A DNA stretch of 64,000 bases from IMG/VR virus record IMGVR_UViG_3300042988_000510, positions 1 through 64,000 of that record; one strand, 5' to 3'. Positions 58,601 to 64,000 of the stretch are shown here, one piece after another. This DNA comes from a virus. The position numbers and the translations under genes are program-made. Within the stretch, counting starts at the first letter, position 1. The number at the start of each line of letters is the position of its first letter. Below the pieces are notes generated by a model. The model did not search any database. It saw only the letters and a list, made by a program, of their open reading frames with translations, and was not told the DNA's origin.

Positions 58601-59596
58601 AGGTATTTTGAGTTGCTAAGCACCACTAGCGTGGACGTGGACCAGTTCAATACTGTGATCGGCACGGCTTCCAGGACTCTCAAGATCAGCGGCCTCAGCA
58701 GTCTGTACGTGAATGGTTCGGTTGATCTGATTTTTGATAAGGTCAATAAAGACCCCTCGGCAGAAATGGGGGCGCTGGAGACCACATCCGGTGACCTTTT
58801 TGCCGATACATATCCCAACGGGCGCAGTGGTGAGAGCATCACTACCTTGCGGTCGCCCACACTTCAGGGAAGTACGCAGTACCGGGCCTTGACGAGGCAG
58901 GAGAACCAGCGGAACGGCGGGCAGATCATGGTCAACACCAATTTCGCCCATAATGGCTGGGGTTGGAATATAACCGGGACACAACCGACTCCGGTTTATT
59001 CTGCTTCATCGCAAGGCGCTGGTAAGGTGATGTCGCTTGTGTGGGAAACTGGCGGGGGCGTTACCTGGCGTCAGCGCATTACCGTAGGCGCAGAGATGGT
59101 GGGTACGCCGGTCACTGTGCAGGTTTCCGGCAACATTCTCGACTACCAGTTGGCCAGCACTGCGGCGGCAATAATCCCTTACATCAATGGGGCCGGCATA
59201 TCGTCCACAAACAACGTCAGCCAAATCACAGGCAAGCGGGGCTGGTGTACCAACAGCCTGACCGCATATATCGGAGCAGCGGGGACGTTGGACGTTGGCT
59301 TTGTCATCTTCGGAAGTGCCGGAGTGACCACCCTGATATCAGATTGCACCGCGTCTTTTGGCAATGCCGCTGCCACAGCTTCACCGATAGTGGGGTGCCT
59401 GGAACTCTCCAGCGTAAATCCAGCCACCGGAATACTCACGCTCAACTCCGCCTCGATTCTGGCTGGGTCGGGATCGCCCGAGGGTGTGGTGACGGCGCCT
59501 GCGGGGTCCTTGTACCTTTGCACGGACGGGGGTGTGGGTGGCTCGATTTTCGTGAAGGAGTCTGGGACCGGCAACACGGGCTGGACAGCGAAGTAG
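55634..59596 (+). CDS. Tail spike/fibre with pectate-lyase-like beta-helix and BNR/propeller repeats
   Basis: 'DGGGGFW', 'WFGAVRDGVTDD', 'VFIPQGVWR', repeated 'TSxDGxTWT', C-terminal 'GSPEGVVTAPAGSLY...KESGTGNTGW'. Confidence 0.75.
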   Translation: MSLDSEVQALTSAAIDLFDAVTDTKAIAEEAVSQATSQAVLADQSAEAALAVKQDLEANWSDKLLQAASEAALATQKASEAQGFAATAEASAALAMTVATPTADTVSALRELADPLAVRVITVFGFGASGDGGGGFWRYDPASSDADNGGTVVKPTAIASNDPGRWLRVFSGNVDLAWFGAVRDGVTDDYAAWVAANSAASDLGVGIALTSGDSAIKQAITLTVPVHFTEGAKIVPYPTWDVSGATTWSDTVTYAKDDIVLYRGEYYKSVINNNLSTITDLIPRRSNISPEGGNTAYWTRHVTLTLSAGYYAGDYQHVFNTTTGGGIVITTGRFSDSSVLSPAHWGAKVGGLVDCTLALQSCFNSVKYASEQAFNPVTVAGMSNMGGNVFIPQGVWRMTAGAVMWSGTVVNGVGKGSVLRLDDNVDDVIMLQMGCGTFVGGNTSANYSVFTSVNRLAFVGLGARTQAVGLHPQTGLFGGVYKDLYFCTRYGFRMVNVQYTQSSVFDNIQTFGNLTNQNIGYVDQILRLQGNTNVIKNLAKEIGTGNSFDPYVLVTGPSVGVVHTTSDGTLGTWKQNDELSHMHMFGGAYGNGKRVLVGDAGMCRVSEDSEVTEYLKDAHTSALWSVAYNGTDTWVAVGEQGAMAYCRDSALAPDVYRSGGFMGYIAGTTLTVTRAGVALIVAGHSLFPDHGILPGTYIVSQLGGTAGGVGTYEVSRSQTVGASGSVYYMTADSWVPLPYLTKSKLKSVCYGGGLWVAVGFRYSPTGNYTEILTSPDGATWTDVANTLTFNARGACYGNGLFVIVGDSGKIATSTDGATWTLQTSGVSTKLNGVAYHDNTYMAVGASGAVLASTDGITWTARTSNTTAELYDATYSGSLWLVCGYPNKITISPDGVTWTAYDGGAGYVPLGPSVFYTVVWDGAQFVLGSSANGDPVPNDVINTTISGAGGNQFEHILFEQVCSRNKSLLTLEYARKTRIKGIWFEAAGVSRYFELLSTTSVDVDQFNTVIGTASRTLKISGLSSLYVNGSVDLIFDKVNKDPSAEMGALETTSGDLFADTYPNGRSGESITTLRSPTLQGSTQYRALTRQENQRNGGQIMVNTNFAHNGWGWNITGTQPTPVYSASSQGAGKVMSLVWETGGGVTWRQRITVGAEMVGTPVTVQVSGNILDYQLASTAAAIIPYINGAGISSTNNVSQITGKRGWCTNSLTAYIGAAGTLDVGFVIFGSAGVTTLISDCTASFGNAAATASPIVGCLELSSVNPATGILTLNSASILAGSGSPEGVVTAPAGSLYLCTDGGVGGSIFVKESGTGNTGWTAK

Positions 59597-59655
59597 GGGC
59601 GCGATTGATCTAAGTCGTGACCTCACAATGGGGTCATTCCATCTGAGGATGACCC

Positions 59656-60723
59656 ATGTCTTTTCTTTACCCCGCCACCGATAACCTCATTACCGTCACG
59701 CTGGAGCGTGATGGCGCGGCCTATCCGATTCCATCTGGCGCTGCCGTGACCGCAGCGTTTTACAGTTTGGATGGTGTGCAGTTGCTGACCGACCTGGTTG
59801 CTGGCACGTCAACGACCAACCAGGCCGACTGGCCTCATGGCGTGGCTGCATTCGAGTTCGGCGCCGACCAGACATCCGGCATAACTGCAACCAACGTCCA
59901 GCTTCGTGTGTTCGTGCTCGTCAACGGACAAGAAGAGGAATGGACGGTCCTGTTTGAGTTGGCGCAGCCCGGGACCGAGAGCGCCCTGTTCCCTGAGCGA
60001 CTGACGGCGGTAGCCAGCCTGCAGGCGCAGCTTGCTGGCATGGGGTACACGGTGTCGGAGTCGGATGTCTGGTCGGCCATCAAGGCGGCCGAGGCTGATG
60101 CTCAACACAGGCTCCGCGTGTTTCTGCGACCGACATACGTCCTGCCGTTCCCGGTGCCATCTACCGATCTGGCGGCGGTCCCGGATGGTACGCCATGGGT
60201 TGAGGAGCCTGGCTACGATTACGAGCCCGACCTGTTTCAGGGTGAGGGCTGGGGGTATTTGGTCACCCGGCACAAGCCGATCCTGTCGGTCGACTACATC
60301 CAGTTCGCCTATCCGCAGCCGTTAAGCACTGTCTGGAACCTGCCCATGGAGTGGGTGCGGCTGGACAAGAAGTACGGCCACATCCGTATCGTGCCTGCGG
60401 GAACGTCCTACAGCGCCCCGTTCAGTGCTTGGATGATGCAGGTTCTCGGCGGTGGGCGGAACATTCCGCAGATGATTCGGGTGCGTTACCGGGCCGGGCT
60501 GGAAAATGCCGCTATGCAATATCCCGATCTGGTGGATGCCGTCAAGAAAATGGCGATCCTGCGCATGGTTGAGACGCAGATGCCGGGCACGTCCGAGTCC
60601 ATCTCAGCAGATGGCTTGAGCCAGTCGAAGTCTTTGGACCTCAATCAGTACCGGGATGCTATCAAGTCCAAGCTCGACGCGGTGTCCGAGTCCATCCATG
60701 GCATCAAACTGATGGTGATGTGA
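59656..60723 (+). CDS. Head-tail adaptor/neck protein with N-terminal Ig-like domain
   Basis: 'PQMIRVRYRAG', 'SISADGLSQS'; first gene of the neck block. Confidence 0.65.
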   Translation: MSFLYPATDNLITVTLERDGAAYPIPSGAAVTAAFYSLDGVQLLTDLVAGTSTTNQADWPHGVAAFEFGADQTSGITATNVQLRVFVLVNGQEEEWTVLFELAQPGTESALFPERLTAVASLQAQLAGMGYTVSESDVWSAIKAAEADAQHRLRVFLRPTYVLPFPVPSTDLAAVPDGTPWVEEPGYDYEPDLFQGEGWGYLVTRHKPILSVDYIQFAYPQPLSTVWNLPMEWVRLDKKYGHIRIVPAGTSYSAPFSAWMMQVLGGGRNIPQMIRVRYRAGLENAAMQYPDLVDAVKKMAILRMVETQMPGTSESISADGLSQSKSLDLNQYRDAIKSKLDAVSESIHGIKLMVM

Positions 60724-61373
60724 TGCAGTTGGAGCCGGCCAAGTTCAACAGGTTGTTGAATGACCTGGGGCAGTCGTTCTCGCTGCGTCGGGCATCCGCG
60801 TGTCCGTGCATTGAGCTTGAGACCAATGCGCCGAAACCCAACTGCCCGCACTGTAAGGGTATCGGTTGGCTTTGGGGTGTGGCGGTCACTGGCACGTCCG
60901 GGATTGCCGCGCAGAAGATCCAGCGCGAGTGGGCCAACTTCGGGCTATGGCAGTCGGGTGATGTCGTGCTGACCATCCCCTCTGATTCACCCCTGTACGC
61001 CATGGGTCCGTATGACCGGGTGGTCATGCTTGACTCGACCGAGGCTTTCAGCTTCGTGCGGCGCCGGGGCATCGATGACACGCAACCGGTGGCCTGGGCC
61101 AGTCTGGAGCGCGTCTACTGGCTCGATGAAGACGAGGAGCAGGTGACCAGTACCTTGCCGGGCATTTCCGGTTCGACGCTGACCTGGGGCGATCCGGAGG
61201 TCGATGACGCGATTCCGGCCGCCGGCCAGCAATACTCTATCACCGGCCGCAAGCATCCCGAGTTCTACATGCTGCAGGAACTGACTCAGGACCGATCTCA
61301 TCATCACGGCCGGGACCTGCCTCGCCGAGTGGTGCTGCGCAAGCTCGATTTGTTGGGGCGGCGCGATGGCTGA
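60720..61373 (+). CDS. Neck/head-closure protein
   Basis: 'ACPC...CPHCKGIGW' motif as in SPO1/Twort-type neck proteins. Confidence 0.6.
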   Translation: MMQLEPAKFNRLLNDLGQSFSLRRASACPCIELETNAPKPNCPHCKGIGWLWGVAVTGTSGIAAQKIQREWANFGLWQSGDVVLTIPSDSPLYAMGPYDRVVMLDSTEAFSFVRRRGIDDTQPVAWASLERVYWLDEDEEQVTSTLPGISGSTLTWGDPEVDDAIPAAGQQYSITGRKHPEFYMLQELTQDRSHHHGRDLPRRVVLRKLDLLGRRDG

Positions 61374-62205
61374 TTATCTGATCAAGGTCGATATGGGTGA
61401 CCTGGCTGCTGCGGGTCCCATCGATAAGACTGTGTTCCCGCATCTAAACCAGGCGGTGCAGTTCTACGTCAACCAGGCGCACGCCAGTTGGGTCGAGTCG
61501 ATCCGCACGGCACAGGGCGTCTGGAAAGGTGACAAGGAGCGCTACGAGGACAGCCTGCAATCGGTGATGCTCTCCGACTTTGCCGGGGAAGTCTGGACCG
61601 ATCTCAATCTGGCCGAGGACATTGACACCGGGCGGCCCGAGCGCGATCTCAAGAAGATGCTCGACACCTCGCTCAAGGTGCGGGTCAGTCAGAAAGGGTA
61701 TCGGTACCTGATCATTCCGTTCCGGCACAACATCCCGGGGAATGCCGCATGGAATCAGGCCATGCCCGGCAAGATTTACCTCATGGCCAAGAAGATGTCA
61801 CAGTCCAAGGTGACGGGTCAGATCATGCGGCCGACCGGGCAGGGCTCCAAGGGTCCGTTCCTGTCTGATCCCAAGACCAAGGGGCCGATGATGGTGCCCG
61901 GTCATTCCTACCAATGGGGCGACCGGCTGCCGGCTGGGTTGGCTCCGAAGCTGAAGGCATTTCATGCCACCGATCCGTTTGCCGGTATGGTGCGGATGGC
62001 GGCCAATTCCCCCAAGGCAAAGTCATCATCCTACATGACCTTCCGCGTCATGTCGGAAGCCCCGCAACAAGCCCGCAAGTGGCTGGTCGCACCTAAGCCC
62101 GGGCTGTTCCTGGCCAAGCAAATCGCGGCCAAGATCGAGAAACTGGCCGAGCAATCGTTTCAGTACGCAATCGAACAGGATTTCAAGCAGGCCGGGCTCG
62201 AGTAG
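61366..62205 (+). CDS. Neck/tail-completion protein
   Basis: 'YLIIPFRH', 'YMTFRVMS...W'; position before the sheath gene. Confidence 0.6.
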   Translation: MADYLIKVDMGDLAAAGPIDKTVFPHLNQAVQFYVNQAHASWVESIRTAQGVWKGDKERYEDSLQSVMLSDFAGEVWTDLNLAEDIDTGRPERDLKKMLDTSLKVRVSQKGYRYLIIPFRHNIPGNAAWNQAMPGKIYLMAKKMSQSKVTGQIMRPTGQGSKGPFLSDPKTKGPMMVPGHSYQWGDRLPAGLAPKLKAFHATDPFAGMVRMAANSPKAKSSSYMTFRVMSEAPQQARKWLVAPKPGLFLAKQIAAKIEKLAEQSFQYAIEQDFKQAGLE

Positions 62206-62238
62206 CCATCCAAATCGTCGTGACATCACCATGATGTC

Positions 62239-63099
62239 ATGATTCAGTTCCTTCATGCTCTGCCCTGCGGCAATGCCGTCAGTATCACCCTGGACCCGCA
62301 CGGCGTCCCGTGGGTGCTGCTGCGTCGTACCGATGACGAGTTTGTCGGCTATCCAGATGGCGAGGCGGTTCTGGTGCGGGCCGGCGACGGCACTGAGACC
62401 AGTCACACGGTCATCGACTACTCCGGCTTGGTCAATGGCGAGACCGTCTGGTACCAGATGTTCTTCCAGTCCGACGATGGCTGGTACACCGTCGAGGACC
62501 CGGAAAGCGTCACCCCGACTTACGAGACTCAGCCCGGTTTCCAGATACCCGATCCCGTCACGCTGGTCCGCAGTCGTCTTGACCTGGGTGTCCAGTCGGA
62601 AGTCGCGGCCGGCAACTTGACGCATCCTCGCGGCAAGATCGACATCCTCCGCTCCCCTCCGATCATCGACAACGTGGTGTTCCCCTGCATCACGGTGCTG
62701 CTCGAGAGTACGACACCGGAAGAGCGGGGCATCGGCGACATCGTTCAGCCCGATTGGTTTGATCCCGATGCGGATCGCTGGGAGTCCTACACCGGCTGGC
62801 TGGACCGCACACGCATCCAGATTGGCGTCTGGAGTCTCAATGCCGAGGAGCGCGACGACGTGCGGAGGGCGGTGCAGAAAATCCTGACCACGAACCTGCC
62901 CATCTTCGACGATGCCGGCCTGCTGCTGATCGAGTTCCCACCGTCTGAATCCTTTGATCCGGCCAGCTTTGGCGTGCCGGTCTACCAGTCCGTCTTTGCC
63001 TTCTCCTGTCTGCATCCCAGTCTGGTGCGCGACCGGTATCTCCCCATCCATTCCATCGAGGTTAACACCAATGGCGAAAGAACCAATCCCAATGAATGA
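62239..63099 (+). CDS. Probable tail terminator protein
   Basis: 'FPCITV', 'WSLNAEERDD'; acidic; position. Confidence 0.5.
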   Translation: MIQFLHALPCGNAVSITLDPHGVPWVLLRRTDDEFVGYPDGEAVLVRAGDGTETSHTVIDYSGLVNGETVWYQMFFQSDDGWYTVEDPESVTPTYETQPGFQIPDPVTLVRSRLDLGVQSEVAAGNLTHPRGKIDILRSPPIIDNVVFPCITVLLESTTPEERGIGDIVQPDWFDPDADRWESYTGWLDRTRIQIGVWSLNAEERDDVRRAVQKILTTNLPIFDDAGLLLIEFPPSESFDPASFGVPVYQSVFAFSCLHPSLVRDRYLPIHSIEVNTNGERTNPNE

Positions 63100-63304
63100 G
63101 CTTGAGCCCATTGCCGATTCTGCCCCTATCGAGAACCAGGACATCGCACTGGATGACTGGGCATCGGCCAAGTCTCGGTCGCTGGGTAAACGCGTCGAAG
63201 CCCTGGCGGCCTTCTACAAGCTGTGCCAGCAGAAGGGTGTGGGCCGGGCCACCCCGGAAAAGTTCGAGGCTGACTTCCAGGTCTTTCTGAAATCCCCTGC
63301 ATAA
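63092..63304 (+). CDS. Small hypothetical protein
   Basis: MNELEP... ORF between the terminator-like gene and the sheath gene. Confidence 0.55.
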   Translation: MNELEPIADSAPIENQDIALDDWASAKSRSLGKRVEALAAFYKLCQQKGVGRATPEKFEADFQVFLKSPA

Positions 63305-63316
63305 CGGAGAACTATC

Positions 63317-64000
63317 ATGTCGGTATTTTTCAATGGGCGCTTGCTGGTCACCCCGACCGTCGAGAGCGCCATCTACGATCAGGGGATGGCGACCGCGTTC
63401 CCGGGCCGGGCTGGTAATGTCCTGGCGATTCTCGGCACGTCCGAGGGCGGCGCTCCCAAGACCCCGCTGTTTTTCGATTCTCCGGTTACCGCTCGCCGCA
63501 CACTGATTGGCGGCGATCTGATCCGTGCCGTCGAGTACGCATTCAACCCCTCTGCCGAGACAGGTTCGCCGTCACGGGTGGCGGTGGTGCGGGTTGAGGC
63601 GGCGGTTCAATCCTCGCTGATGCTCAAGGATGGCTCGAGCAACAACGTCATCGAGTTGAAGTCCGCCAACTACGGCGCCTTCACAAATGGCATCAAGGCC
63701 ACCATCGAGTCTGGCACCAGTTCTGGCAAGAAGGCGACGGTGCAATGGGAGTCGATGTACTTCTCGAAAGACAACATCGCTCGCACGCCCTTCACTGTTC
63801 GCTACTCCGGCGCCAATGCCACCGCGACGGTCACCGTCACCGCGACCACGCTGGTCCTGACTGCCGCAGCCACAGTCACGCTGACCCTTGCTAACTACCG
63901 ATCCGTTCGGGAACTGTGTGACGCCATCAATGCCCAGTCTGGCTACTCGGCGATTGCCTCCATGCCCAGCATTGCCGTGATTGGCACGCTGGACGGCATG
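63317..64000 (+). CDS. Tail sheath protein (truncated by window end)
   Basis: GGAG RBS; MSVFFNGRLLVTPTVES...'LAILGTSEGGAP'...'S.NYG'; open to the window end. Confidence 0.75.
   Translation, partial: MSVFFNGRLLVTPTVESAIYDQGMATAFPGRAGNVLAILGTSEGGAPKTPLFFDSPVTARRTLIGGDLIRAVEYAFNPSAETGSPSRVAVVRVEAAVQSSLMLKDGSSNNVIELKSANYGAFTNGIKATIESGTSSGKKATVQWESMYFSKDNIARTPFTVRYSGANATATVTVTATTLVLTAAATVTLTLANYRSVRELCDAINAQSGYSAIASMPSIAVIGTLDGM

Noticed and set aside
48083-59596. Diversity-generating retroelement or invertible fibre cassette
   Set aside because: No reverse transcriptase, invertase, or template/variable repeat pair was seen.
20403-63171. Long antisense ORFs (20403..21554, 29566..30882, 41383..42807, 62026..63171 and similar)
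   Set aside because: They are shadow frames opposite well-supported genes with high GC3 and carry no recognisable motifs.
1-64000. Integrase, att site, IS element or host chromosomal flank
   Set aside because: None was recognised; dnaN, HU and the tRNA are embedded among phage genes, so prophage versus free phage cannot be decided from this window.

Overview
The window is 64 kb of a GC-rich, probably temperate tailed phage or prophage; the sheath gene implies a contractile tail, and the host is probably proteobacterial (inferred from the H-NS, DnaT-like and NinB genes). Gene order: leftward early arm (RAMP/Cas7-like gene, YqaJ exonuclease, Bet recombinase), cI/cro switch, antirepressor, replication and nin-like region (SSB, HU, VRR-NUC, dUTPase, ParB-methylase), two very large putative virion-cargo effector proteins (kinase, ADP-ribosyltransferase, Nudix), dnaN and dCMP deaminase, terminase, tRNA-Thr, portal, head genes, lysis genes, a fibre/spike cluster, neck genes and the start of the tail sheath. 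The main finding is at 1-1376: a stand-alone Cas7/RAMP-like gene lies directly downstream of a non-coding array of three tracts with strict 5-nt periodicity (quasi-fixed triplet plus variable dinucleotide). The tracts are separated by a conserved, covarying double hairpin and have their own operator-controlled promoter. This is a candidate non-CRISPR RNA-guided system. Also found: a genome-wide palindromic operator (AATAGC-N3-GCTATT), a 9-copy putative late promoter (TCGTGAY-N2-CA-N3-T), and a recurring K-[S/A] processing/targeting motif in head and cargo proteins. All protein calls come from motif recognition by eye; no database search was run.
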